A stretch of DNA of 61,585 nucleotides, filler included, from Catajapyx aquilonaris (lineage: Eukaryota): NCBI GenBank assembly GCA_000934665.2. It is 4 parts of 4 records of this genome, joined end to end, with 100 filler letters (N's around TTAATTAATTAA, not from the genome) between each part and the next. Parts side by side here need not be neighbours in the genome. Positions count along the whole stretch, not along the records: positions 1 to 15,380 come from KZ539700.1; 3 more parts are not named here. One strand, 5' to 3'. This document shows, piece by piece, positions 1 to 12,233 of this stretch. Both the position numbers and the translations under genes were made by a program. Under the pieces are notes generated by a model, which was given only the letters and a program-made list of their open reading frames with translations, was not told where the DNA came from and searched no databases. Within the stretch, counting starts at the first letter, position 1. Every line of letters starts with the position of its first letter.

Positions 1-308
1 CTACAAATCCCCCCCCCCCAACGACGTCTAGATCCACCACTGACTCCAGAGATATGCAGATAGATGTTGATTGGGGGGTTTTATACTCAAATTGTTGTTA
101 TATTAATATAGGCTGTACCAGAAACAGTAACCCTATTCCACTTGTACGCCAAGTAGGGTTGGATTGGTTGTCATGAAACTGTTTGTCCAATATAAAACAG
201 CGACATTATGGTTTATACCCAAGTGCCTAAATTCTAATAGATGCTTGTAGGAAAGATGTATTGTCATTGTGAATTAGGACAATAACACATGTGCTCTTGG
301 ATTTGCAG

Positions 309-869
309 GTGACAGTAAGCAGTGAGGGCGAATATGCTGAGGCAGTTAGGGTGTGTACTGGAAGGAAAATGATTGTCTGGAACATCGTGGGATATACAAC
401 ATCCAATGGTGTCAGTAGTAGTGGAAAGGACAACACTGCATGTAAACTTGACAGCAACATCTCCCCAAGTGCCTGCAGCACCACATCTAAGGGCGTTGGC
501 AATAGTGAGAATGCTGCACCTGAGCAAACAAACAGCAACTTCAGTCATACTGTTGTGAACACAAAAGAGAAGACCAACTCAACAGATCTCAACATGAACA
601 AGAGTGGGAGTAGCTCCAATAAAATTGCCAATGACTCTAGTAAAAAGGCCACCAGCACCAGCAAGAATGACAGTAGTAGCACATCCAGTAATGTCAGCAG
701 TGACAGTGGCATTATCAATCGCTACAAGAGTAACAATGCAAATCACAAGATGCTGAATTTTGTGCGACAGTCATGGGCTGATGAAACTGTCAAAAGAGCA
801 GAGAAGAAGCGAATAAAGGAAGAAAAATACCATGTTCCTCCCAAGTGGTTCACTGAGTACATGCGGCAG
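309..869 (+). CDS. NBR1: NBR1-like autophagy receptor, penultimate coding exon (upstream exons outside the contig)
   Basis: Acceptor ttgcag|GTG at 308/309 and donor CAG|gtaaga at 869/870, both phase 0. Ends ...VPPKWFTEYMRQ, which joins FRKDIVAEV to give a motif resembling NBR1 PDWFTSYLETFREQVV. Confidence 0.7.
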
Positions 870-997
870 GTAAGAGCATAGTTGATTTTTAAATCCACGC
901 AAAGATTTATTTTTGGGGGGAATCATAAGAGGTATCATTTCCATACATGTGACAACCTTCCAGAAATTTTGTACTTACAACTCTCAAAATTATAATA

Positions 998-2172
998 TAT
1001 GAGGGCAGTTCCAAAAAAAACCAAACTGTTTCTATGCGGACTCTATTGCTTAATGTGCAACATTTTAAGCGCTGTCCCCTTCAAACTAGTTCCCTCTACT
1101 GGCAATATACAATTTTTAATTTTTTATTCTATTGTTGGAATGCTTCCTGAAACACACTTTCTGTGATGGCACGCAGTGCTCTTGTTGCATTGACCTGAAT
1201 CGCCTCTACTCTCCGATTCGCATAAGTCTGAACCTTTTCAGGTATACATACGCCCGAGGGGGTGAGCCGCTACAAAATTAGTCCCTGGTATCACTGGCTT
1301 TCTCGAAGAAACAGTGTTGGTATATGTAATTCAAATGTCTAATTATCATGGGCACCCCATGCGGTAGCTGTAGCCTACACAAACTGCACATTTTGTTGTG
1401 AGGAGCCATAGGCCCCGGCATGGGGGGTACTACTTTCGAGCGTATGGATATCTAAAAAGGTTCAGACTTATGTGAATCGGAGAGTATGGTTCAGAAATGA
1501 CGTCATTTCAAATTGGTTTTAAGTTTTGAATGTAGCAAAAAGTATAGTGGGGTTAAGTCCAGAGAATTGGGTAGATTGGCACAACGGATGTCCGATGTTT
1601 TGCCAGATAATGATGACAAGGAGCAATGTCTGAGCCGGTGCATTGCCATGGCACAATATCCAAGTTGGTCTTTCCCACAATTTAGGCCTTTCCTGGGCAT
1701 AGCAGCCCTCAAACGCACTAAAACATTCTGGTACAACACTGTTTGTCTTCCAATCTGACAGCATGGTCCAAATTCATCAAGAAAAATGCCTTTCCAATCC
1801 AAAATCACATTGACCTTTGACCGGCTGATCTGTGCCTCTTTTGGTCGAGGAGACCCTTCCCACTTATGCTTGGTAAAGCAACTGAAATGTCTCTGTAAAA
1901 TTTTTACCAATATCTTAGTGAAATTTCACACAAACACGTTGCTTTTCAAACTCTCTCATTTTCACTTTCTCACTAATTCGATGAACAGCTCGTTCAAGTG
2001 CTCACTTCAGTTGATGTCTCTCGATTACCAATGGTCATATCAGAATGTGGCAAATGGCAATTTGTTGTCAAGACATGTTGCTAGGTGAACACTGTTAGTA
2101 TCCGCAATATGCTCTTTGTGCTGGTTGACGCACTATTTAAAAAGTTCGTATTTTTAAAAAATAGCCCTCGTA
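998..2172 (-). mobile_element. Decayed mariner (Tc1/mariner) transposon in NBR1 intron
   Basis: Imperfect TIRs TA|TGAGGGCAGTT... and ...ATAGCCCTCG|TA. Frameshifted transposase motifs WILCHGNAPAQ (HDNAPAH), NSLDLTPLYFLLHSKLK (YSPDLAPxDFFLFPKLK) and DWKGI. Confidence 0.85.
1207..1486. mobile_element. MITE with TA flanks nested inside the mariner
   Basis: TIR of about 40 bp, TACTCTCCGATTCGCATAAGTCTGAACCTTTT / AAAAGGTTCAGACTTATGTGAATCGGAGAGTA. Confidence 0.85.
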
Positions 2173-2258
2173 TACCGGTATGGGCGGTATCCCAATCCAT
2201 AAATGTTAAATTTTTAGGGCATAATTCAGAGAGGTTGTTTTTTGTTTATCATTCAACA

Positions 2259-2650
2259 TCTATAATGTTAAAATGCTTTGGACTTTGGTTATGCCTAGAG
2301 TTATACCTTCTGGTCCACCGCATATTGTTGCTGCCACCTTCCGATTGGCCCCCATTCATTGTTACCATGAAACCTCCGATTGGCCCCCATTGCAAGCATG
2401 GACAATGGGGGAAGAAAGCCACAGTCGCTTGCTGGACGTCAACGAGGACACATCTCTCCTGTGAAGACCCCTCTACCCTTCCACCGTACTCCACCCATGT
2501 CGTCACAGTGACCTCACAACAGGGGAGGGAGAAGAGGTGGGAGGGGAACGCCAAACACAAACTGAACGTAGGCTACGGTCGGGATGTTGTTTATCAGTGG
2601 TGCCAACTCCACGGACGTTTATGAACAAAGTAAAATAATTTTAGTTTCTT
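2259..2650 (+). mobile_element. 5' part of a non-autonomous Helitron (same family as 25132-26737)
   Basis: Begins A|TCTATAATGTTAAAATGC and is collinear with the reverse complement of about 26310-26737. Confidence 0.7.
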
Positions 2651-3033
2651 TAAACGAGGTCCTTACCTCTGCCTTACCTGCATCGCCACAGGATTAGTTG
2701 GTAAGCAGGATATTCAACACTGAAGCTAGGATAGGTCAAGAACACCGTGGTCAAGAATGTTAAGAGAAAGGGTCAGGAAGAAGGAAACCAGTTTTTGATC
2801 ATCTGATTTATTCTAATACTGTACAAACACTGCAGAGTTCCATGGAAGTTTACAGTGAAGGGGAGTTATGAGCAGTTCGAAAAACGTGGTCGGAAAGTGT
2901 GCATATAATTTAGCTACACATGTGCGAGTGCATGTCAATTTTCGTTCATACAATTAGTATTAATTGGTATTCCAACCTGACATTTTAAGAACCTTGTTGG
3001 ACTGACATTCGTTTTATGTGCATTTTGTTTCAG

Positions 3034-5160
3034 TTTCGCAAGGATATAGTAGCTGAGGTTGCAGAAATGATTCCTCGGCCTTTGCCAGTACCAGTGTGGC
3101 TTCCACAACAGCAAGTGATGCCGCAGGTGAAGTCACAGCCTAAGCTGCATCCCAAGCTGAAAAAGAAATCACCTGAATCCAGGAAGGTAGGTCATTTGTC
3201 TGCCTCCCATCAACCAGAGACCTACAAGCTGCTGCAGGATACTAATCAGAAGCTGCAGTTGGAATTGGAGAAACTTACCTTGCATGAAGAAAAATCGAAT
3301 GAATCATTAGAGAAACGTGAACCTGACGCAAAGGATGACAGCAGTTCAGACTCAGACTTCTTTGTTGTTCCGGAAGAACTGCCTGAAAAAAGTAAGGGAA
3401 ATTGCAGTTCTGATGAGAGCTTTATTGAAGTTGCTGATGATGATGACAGCAGTGTGGTTCCAGACATGTTCCCAGAACAGTCTGCAGATTACTCTGTCCG
3501 GAAGAGGCACAAGAAAAATCCTGATAAGTCCCCATTTCCAAAGTCTTCACCAGTGCCATTTGCTTTTGTGCTTCCAGAACATGATGATAAGAAAAAAGAT
3601 CCTACAAAATTTTATCCTATACGAGAGAAATTTGTTTTTGTGGAAAATTGTGTTCCATCAGACACTCCACCATTGGTTAAACCAGTGGCACAGAAGGTGA
3701 TACCAGAACCCAGAGGAAACAGTAAGCCCAAAGAAGAGCCTATGGAAGACAAGCAAAAATGTGGAATTAATGAGAATGTTACAGGATACCAAGATGGAAA
3801 GCAGAATGAGGTTCTGGAAAACCTAGATGCTGGAAATAATCAAGATAAGGAAATAGATAATGATCATAAGGGAGGCAAAAATGAAGATGTGGAAGGCAGT
3901 CAAGAAAGCAATGCGAGTAAGAATTTATCAGGAAATGAGCCACAGAAGATGAAAAAACGTGCACTTGACTCATCTGCAAATCCTGTACTTGGCCCAATTA
4001 TCTCAGGATCGTCACTTGAGTCAAAACCAGCCATTTCTCAAGACTCCAGAGCTTATGCCAAATCTCCGCAAGGCCATCAGGCTGCTTCTGCTCCAAGAAG
4101 TCAAACTGTTCCTGTTTCACCAAGCATCCCTTTGAGGGGTATGACTGCCCAGATGTCTCCTCGCGGCCCTGTCCCTGGGCCATTTCCCATCGGTTGCACT
4201 ATGGGATTAACTGCTCCTGATATTGTCCGAGGTTCTCTTATGCATCCAATGCCGCCGTCTTCTCAACATCACTATAACTTACCTTATCCTTCCTCTACTG
4301 AGTTTTCCCTAAATCACTTCAGCGGTCTTGGACCTGTGTACTCTCGTATGCCCTTCCATCCTGCCACTTTTGCTTCTGCTCCTGATATTACCCCTATTCC
4401 CACCTACATGTCTACAACTACTGGCATACACAGTCCAGGCTATTTTACTAATACTGGTATTGTTCACACACCCATGCTTAGCACTTCACAAATGATGCCT
4501 CCTGCCACTGCACCAAAGCTTTGGTCCGCATCATGTCTTTCTTCAGTCACAGTAGCTACTTCTGTTTGTACATCTGTGACAGCCCCTGCTATTTCAACTG
4601 TGTCGCCCAAATGCCTGACTCCAACACCAGCCTTGGTATCAACACCTAGTACCACCACAGTTCCTACCCCTGCTGTCACATCTATTCCTATTCCACATCT
4701 CAATGCACCCCCTACTACTGATCCTGTCCCTGTGTCACTTATTGATCTCAATGCTCCATTCATCCCTTGCCCTTCTGATCCAGCAGTCCTGGCCTTGGAT
4801 CCCATACTGTTACCTGCCTCAGAACGCACATCCAATCCTGCTCAGGAGTCGGACACCCCTCCTGTTAACATCCTCCCTGTAACTGTTGTTTCAGGAGCTA
4901 TAAATGCCATAAATTCTGCTGTTACAACAGCTGGTGCCATGATCCATAACCTACGCACCTCGTCTGACACTGGGGGGAGACCAGAAGCTGGCCCGCAGAC
5001 TGATAAGGAGACTCAAGGAATGGAGACACTGCTCCAGATGGGCTTTGCTGACCGAACCCGCAACCTCCGCCTCCTTCATCGTTATGACTGTGACCTTATG
5101 AGGGTTGTTGATGAGTTGTTGGTCACTTCTGACAATGATTGGTTTCAGAATCGGCACTGA
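3034..5160 (+). CDS. NBR1: NBR1-like autophagy receptor, large terminal exon (coiled coil, LIR motifs, Pro/Thr-rich region, C-terminal UBA)
   Basis: Acceptor tttgtttcag|TTT. The C-terminus LLQMGFADRTRNLRLLHRYDCDLMRVVDELLVTSDNDWFQNRH* matches the NBR1 UBA end (LFEMGFCDRQLNLRLLKKHNYNILQVVTELL...NDWY). Acidic LIR-like motifs DSDFFVV and DESFIEV. Confidence 0.8.
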   Translation, partial: FRKDIVAEVAEMIPRPLPVPVWLPQQQVMPQVKSQPKLHPKLKKKSPESRKVGHLSASHQPETYKLLQDTNQKLQLELEKLTLHEEKSNESLEKREPDAKDDSSSDSDFFVVPEELPEKSKGNCSSDESFIEVADDDDSSVVPDMFPEQSADYSVRKRHKKNPDKSPFPKSSPVPFAFVLPEHDDKKKDPTKFYPIREKFVFVENCVPSDTPPLVKPVAQKVIPEPRGNSKPKEEPMEDKQKCGINENVTGYQDGKQNEVLENLDAGNNQDKEIDNDHKGGKNEDVEGSQESNASKNLSGNEPQKMKKRALDSSANPVLGPIISGSSLESKPAISQDSRAYAKSPQGHQAASAPRSQTVPVSPSIPLRGMTAQMSPRGPVPGPFPIGCTMGLTAPDIVRGSLMHPMPPSSQHHYNLPYPSSTEFSLNHFSGLGPVYSRMPFHPATFASAPDITPIPTYMSTTTGIHSPGYFTNTGIVHTPMLSTSQMMPPATAPKLWSASCLSSVTVATSVCTSVTAPAISTVSPKCLTPTPALVSTPSTTTVPTPAVTSIPIPHLNAPPTTDPVPVSLIDLNAPFIPCPSDPAVLALDPILLPASERTSNPAQESDTPPVNILPVTVVSGAINAINSAVTTAGAMIHNLRTSSDTGGRPEAGPQTDKETQGMETLLQMGFADRTRNLRLLHRYDCDLMRVVDELLVTSDNDWFQNRH

Positions 5161-6786
5161 TCACTTACAAGCACAAACTAACAATTGGTTCCTCTTTAAT
5201 AGTTGGGAGTTCATTTAGTTGAATTTTGACTTGTACTTTCTGTTAGAGGTTGTCTATAAATTATGCAACACATGTTTTATGCTGGATTTCTTATGACATT
5301 CTGCATTACTTTGCACCACTGTTGGTTGTCCTTGCCGGTACCTGCTTTCTTGAGCCTTCTGACAAGAGTTGCCCAGGTGTACCTACTGTCTCCAGTTACA
5401 TTTTTTGTGGATCTAGGATTGGGAAGTCGAAATGAGTAGCTGTTTCCAAATTATCTTTGGCATTTTAACCCTTGAGCTCTTTTGGGTATTTTTCTTGGCA
5501 GTTCAGTAGATGCGTAAAGTAACATGAATTAATTTTTATTTTTCAGCATTGGTGCATAATTTAGAGACAATCTCCCATGGTTATGGGTACTTGTGTGTTG
5601 TTTGGATTAGAAGAAGACCAAGGTTCATATTTTGTAGTTGGACACTTTAAATACGTTTTGAATTTGAACGTAAATCTTGTAGGGCTTTTCTGTGCTTCTA
5701 TTATCTTTTCATGCCTAGTGAGAACTAACAATTTATGATCAAACTTCTGTATTATCTGATAGGAATTTTAAATTCCATTAATTTTGGTATTGTTTTATAG
5801 TTCACCCATATCTCGTTTGTTGGGTACTGGAGAGGTGAGAAGGGCAATTTTTTTCTGTTCACTTTATGCACCCAGTAGTTGGCACAAAATTAACCAGCTG
5901 TGTATTAATATGCAGGGTGTTGAAATCAATAGTGATTTCCTGCAGTACTTGGGAAACATAAAACTTGATGGCATAATGAACTCCTTGCATATTTTACCAC
6001 CAAGGTGGTCTGGCACTCCCTGTTGGTGAGTAATTTTTGAACTGTTATGCAAACTGCAACTTGCTGCTTTGTGACATGCAGATGATTTTATAATGAGTAA
6101 TTTTCAGGATTTTGGTATGCAAGTCTCACAACTATGAATTATTAAGTATGTTGAATACACAAATTCCACATGGATATGAGTATTATGGAACACGGGAGTC
6201 TGGACCGCCATGAAGTGTTGTATCTGAGACTGAATAACCTAAGTTACCATTACCATGTAGTTACAAGTATGCAGTATGTGCAGTCTGTTTTACAGATTAC
6301 AGTTAAATGTGAGGATTGCATGGGCAGCATTCAACTTTTTGTATGCGATATGTGAAATGGAGTGTATGATGTAGAGTATCTACCAGTTGATATTTTTATT
6401 TCAACACGTGGTTGGTCATGTGCTGGGAGTTTTCAGTTCATGTGTCATCTTGCAACTTGTAACCAGAAAAATGTTAATGGGTTATTTACTGTAGGTTGAT
6501 CCTATTAGCCGTGGAATAAAAAGTGGCTCTATTCATGAACTTTACTGATTGTGATTTATTCCTTGTTGGAGTGGAACAGGGTACAGTACAGTATGTCTGT
6601 ATGGTGTTTACAGCTGTATAGTAGGGGAGTGATCACATTTTATAACTTAACAAAATTCTGCATTTCATGAAGTGAAAAAATATGCACAGATAAATAAATC
6701 CTGCCATTGGAATATCTATCCTATGGGGTAGAATTGGGATGTAGTGAATAAAAGTAGACACTGACCACTTTTCTGGGAAAACTTTT

Positions 6787-6814
6787 TGTTTGTTTGTTTG
6801 TTTGTTTGTTTGTT
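6787..6814. repeat. (GTTT)n microsatellite
   Basis: Directly visible tandem TGTT repeat. Confidence 0.9.
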
Positions 6815-7423
6815 CTTTACTTTAGCCATATATTGTACGTAAGGGCATATGGTGCTTATTATTTTCTGCTAAGAATCATGATGTGTCGTGCAAATGCTGC
6901 TGAGAGAATATTTCCAAGTAGTTGGCCAGTCCATGTAAATCAAACCTGAGGAAGATGTTTTTTGACCTGCACTCCTCAGATAATGAAATTTTGCTCATAG
7001 TAAGTTAGCATGGAGAGGTGTGTACAATACATACAGATGTCCAAACAATACTGGTACCTTTTTCACAGTCTGACCAACTTGAAATATTACTTTCTCACTG
7101 CATTATAGACATGTAGACTTGTAGAGGACACCATGATGTAGATTATGTTGTTAGTGAATAGTGATTATCTGGCTGTGTTTTTGTAACTTTTACAATCAGT
7201 GAATCAGGTAGTGGTTACATTTCAGTGACATTATACGATTTAAAACAGCACGTTTGTCTAGCACGTTAGATATCATTTCTGGATTTTGCTGTCAGGTGAC
7301 TCTATGTGATATTAGACAAAGGCAGTTAGCATACTGAAAGCTGAGTGAGGATGAGGGGAGTGACCAACTGCCTCTTTTGAGTGCAACACAAATTAGGGAA
7401 AATATCCGATCAAGACTGTAGAG

Positions 7424-7765
7424 CAGGGGTGGGCAAACTACGCCTCGACAAGAAGATTTATGTGGCCCTTGCAAAAATTTTGTAATTCTTGAAATTTTTG
7501 AAAAATTATATCAAATGATATAAAACAATTTTTTGCACTAACAAATAAAATCAATATAATAATATTCAGTGGTGTTATCTAGCCGGTATGAGCTTACCAG
7601 TTGGTGAATATGTTAGATAACAGAACACGCACACCCACACACACTGATAATATTTTATTCAGTGTTGTAGTGCAAAAAGTAGTTATATATTTTTTTAGAT
7701 GCGGTCTGCTAAAAATCTTTTCATGTTTATGCTGCCCGCGAAGCAAAAAGTTTGCCAACCCCTGG
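7424..7765. mobile_element. hAT (Charlie-like) MITE
   Basis: TIR CAGGGGTGGGCAAAC / GTTTGCCAACCCCTG. 8-bp direct repeat CTGTAGAG at 7416-7423 and 7766-7773. Confidence 0.85.
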
Positions 7766-9069
7766 CTGTAGAGTGTAGGCATTCATAATACACATTCTCT
7801 TAATTTGAGTTGATTCAACAGGCACTGAGTCACACTGTGCTCAGCGTGATGTCATTGATACACCAGAATGTCCCAAGTGTGATGAATCCAGCGCATTCAT
7901 TATTTTCCCGTGGTTCAGCAATTATTTAAACCAATGACTACACCAATTTACCCAAGGACACATTAAGTCCTGAAATACCGTGTGTTTTAGAATCTCACGC
8001 CCACCAGATTTACCCCGATAGGGGTATATGAGATAAATTGTGAAAAAAAAATCAGGTATGAAACGCACGAAAATGATTGTACTTAACTCAGCATACCTTA
8101 AAACCTCTTAAAACTATTAATAGTATGCCCTCTATTGAGACTATTCATTGTTCATTTCCATCATGCCATAGTGTGCCCACAGAAATGTAATGTTCAATCT
8201 ACTTATAGTTTAAAGGTGTTTCGCAGGAAAACATCGTACTGCCATTTGAACGCCACATCTCAGCAATGCATAGAGTTGTTGTCTACACTATCAGTAATGT
8301 ATTTATTTATTTCAAAAAATGGATCATGCGACATATGTCGCATGATCCATTTTTTGAAATAAATAAATACATTACTGATAGTGAAATTCTTGGTGAATGA
8401 CAAAATGCACATGCATTTTGTCATTCACCAAGAATTTCGCCCCGTTGCTTTGGAGACACTAACAATGGGACATGGACAGAGGATGAACAACCAGTCGACT
8501 CTGAATAATCATACGGTCGGCACCGGTACAGTAGAAACGAGCGGCATCTCCCAAGACATCCGACCTTCCCCTATACTACTACTCATCCCCTGGCTGAAAG
8601 TGTGCCCGACCTTGAGTCGACCTTGCCCTTGACTCCCATGCAACTCCTCCGCCCCCAACATTTTCTCCTTTACGTCACACATGTATTGCGTCACGTCCAT
8701 CCTCCCTCACACACACACATATGAGTAAACCTCCCCACCCACCCCCCTGGAAACGGGAAGTGAGGCTCGATCGGTACGGTTCCCCAAGGGTTTGTATTGC
8801 CTTCCCACCCAATGTGCGTCACCCCTCTACGATCCGGACCTGAAGACCTGAGATTGTGACGGAGGAATCCGGAGCATTTGATTATCCGGGAGGGTAGGAT
8901 GCTGGGCAGAGGAAGCAGCGCCATTCGATGGGTGCTGGCGGAATGGTGAGTCGAAAAAGGTGGGGAGGAGTTCGATTCCTGGGCACCAGATGGGAGGACG
9001 GTCGTGCGACACTTGTTGACCGGACACTTGGGCGCGGGGGTTTCAAACTGGTGACTCGCTTCTGGAAAG

Positions 9070-9211
9070 TACTATCGGGGTCAAATACTTTTGGCCACTT
9101 TATCCTGGTCTTGAAGCAACCCTTCACACACACCTCCTTAACGTGGGGTCTGTGTGAAGGGTTGCTTCAAGACCAGGATAAAGTGGCCAAAAGTATTTGA
9201 ACCCGATAGTA
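9070..9211. mobile_element. Near-perfect palindromic (foldback) MITE with TA flanks
   Basis: Arms of about 60 bp, TACTATCGGGGTCAAATACTTTTGGCCACTTTATCCTGGTCTTGAAGCAACCCTTCACAC, and their reverse complement. Confidence 0.85.
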
Positions 9212-9323
9212 CATCATGTGATTTTGTTGATTTAATAATATTTTGTACCTATACAGTGTCTGCTTAGGGAACATGATATGTGAGTGATTTTGGTTTACTG
9301 AGCCTGAAACGATTTGTAAAAAC

Positions 9324-9434
9324 CAGGGATGGAAAAAGTACCGCTTCCTTCCAAGAAGCGCTTCTTTTTTCCATGTGCAGGGATAGAAAAAGAACCGCTT
9401 ACCGCCCAAAGAAGCGGTTCTTTTTCCATCCCTG
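9324..9434. mobile_element. 111-bp hAT-type mini-MITE
   Basis: TIR CAGGGATGGAAAAAG / CTTTTTCCATCCCTG. Perfect 8-bp TSD GTAAAAAC at 9316-9323 and 9435-9442. Confidence 0.85.
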
Positions 9435-12106
9435 GTAAAAACACTTACTCTTTCACAGTAACCAAATGTAATGACACCCCGATCCTTCTCCCTGAGCAAA
9501 CACCTTGGCTGTTACGTCTGTCTTTGATTGCAATTTGAGTTGCCACCTGCGTCTAGGGGAAAGAATGTGTTTCGTCGTCTCCCTCGTCACCTGTTTAACT
9601 CTCGACACTTATCACCACTACTTGTATTGGACCAGAGATTTGGGAACTTCCACTAATAAGAAACACCCCGTAGAGCATGCTTTCAACAGCTGATGGTGGC
9701 AGTATGAATGGTTGCATAACCAGAAGGAAGGGTTCTCCGTCCCTATACACTCTCTTCTTCTACCAAACAGCTGCTGGGGAACCCGGTTGCTAGGTAACAA
9801 AATTACCGTTGTTAGAGATGTAAAGAAAGAAATCGCAAAAGTATAGGCTAAGACAAGTATAAAACTGGTATGAGACACCCGCTATAGGCCACCTCCAGAG
9901 TTTCCCCAACCACCAATGACCACATTGCAACCATCTCCTAATCACGACCTCTCATCATATACTTGTGGTGTCATTGCCTTCGAAGCTGTGATGGACTCAA
10001 ACCCGAGGGAGAAAAGCCTCGGTGTTGGAAGCCTTAGTTTTTAAGCCAATTACATGAGAATTTTCATAATTAGTGGTCATCGTCAGGAAATGGTTGGGGG
10101 GGGGGGGGTGTNNNNNNNNNNNNNNNNGGGGGGGGGGGGGTGTCAAGGACGCGGATGTTCCCCGCAGGGGACTGTCGGTCCAAGCCAGGTGTTCCATATC
10201 CATTTCATACCCATTTATTCACGATATTCATGGGGTGTGTTTTATTTTTTGATATGTTGTATAACAACAGAACATGACTAGTTATGTACAGTACATATCA
10301 TACATAGTTTTGTCATATACTGTATTTAGCACAAGCTAAAGGGCCTCTATTGAGGTAATAATGAAAAAACGAAATCTCCCCAGTAACAGCTATTGGAAAA
10401 TAAAATCTGTCCAGGTCATATTTTTAAATTGGTGTAGGGAAATTTAATTACCCAGTTTTGACCTTCACGAACTTTGACTTTGAAGACAGCGTAAGGCAAA
10501 AGTTCACATTAATAATTGAATTTTGAGTCTTCAGATCGTTGACATACACACATGCAAGAGGGGGAAAAAATTCAGCGCACTACAGCTAGAGTGATCAACT
10601 TCCTCTGCCTCGTAATATGAGATCAGCGACCTTTTTGCAAGGTAGTTAGACTCAGAGCCCCGACCATCGCCATGACAACAACTGACTATATGGCCAGCGA
10701 CATCCAAGCGGATTCAGCAGGGCATGATTCCTCTCACTATATGTTTCCTTCATCTTTACTGGTTGATTAATATAGACAGACTCCACTATGAGCTAAAGAC
10801 CTACTTGTAATTTGTCACATAACTCGTCTCTACAATTATTATTACTATCTGCGCGTATAGCTACTTTTTAGTTAGCGAACTGATCATTCTGTCTCTCGAG
10901 ATTTAGCTTTTTAAAATTTTGTTAGGTGCTTGGTTATATGCTTACCACACTCGGAAAGCTCGTACATTTGCAAAGTTAATTCCAAATTGCGCATGAAACG
11001 CTTTATAATCAGCGTGTACTAGAGGAACTTTTGATGTATTCATGTCTCTGTAATAATATTTGCATATTAAAATGTATTTGCACGGATTTTATTGCGCAAA
11101 AGGCTCAAGTCGCATTTAACATTGCAGGCTCCCATACAGCTAAATTATTCGAAAAGCATATGCAAACTTTTAACTGACATTACATTAAATATTTTTTTTT
11201 GCACTATTTGTAGAGAAAAAGTGCCTCTGGGGGGGGATCGTTGCCTGGAAACAGACATTGTCAGAGATGGATAGAGAGAAGGGGTGACGTCACTGAGGCT
11301 TTTCCCACGCCCGGATTGAAGGTCGAGATGTCGCGAGATGACCTTTGACCGCGGGGGAGTCCATCAGCTGATTTTGATGCCGCCGAAAAGTGGATACAAA
11401 CACAAGTCAGGGTCAAGGAGAAATGTGTTACAAGCGCGACTTCCTGGTTGCCCTTGTCTGGGGTCAACATGATTGTGAGTCTAGGCTACAACTTCTCTTG
11501 TTGCGCCGTACGCTGGAATTAATTGAATAATTTATCAATTTAACGTTAAATAATACATTCAATAATGAAATGTACAGATAGGCTCAACATTTTACGTATA
11601 AAATTAAGTACACTTTGCTTTTGAATCAGCTACAAACGCATGCTAACATTAAATTGACCCTGATACATGTGACCAAGAGCACGTTTATATAAGTATTTCG
11701 TGTGAAAAATTCGCCACACTATACCAGGTGAGCAGTAATAGAGAATTAGATAGTAATATATACTGCAATAACATTTAGGGTTTAGATCAAGTAGTGCATT
11801 AGCTGATAATATTGGCTTGTGTGGACCCATCCAGTTTTAAAGCCTTCAAGAATGGAGTATGTCAATGACGGACGTTCTCAGTCTACTAATTATTCCAATA
11901 GGTTCCAGTCAGAAATTCATATTAAGTAGCAGCTTGCCTAGTTGATTAAATAATTATTCGTAAAATTAGCAGCTAATCATTTCGGCAACCACTGCAAGTG
12001 ACTCCAGCAGCATTGTGGTGATAACTGAAACCTGCAATTCACTTAGACCACCCGTATAAGTTAAATACAAATCGTGCATAACGCCGGTACCATTGTGATG
12101 CTGATT

Positions 12107-12233
<127 letters not shown>

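Noticed and set aside
3016..3033. ATG at 3016 as the start of a 714-aa single-exon gene
   Set aside because: It lies in the polypyrimidine tract of the acceptor at 3033, and the conserved motif spans the splice from exon 309-869.
9467..10146. Solo LTR (TGTAATGACACCCC...GGGGTGTCA)
   Set aside because: The right end runs through an N gap and poly-G; no TSD or second copy to confirm it.
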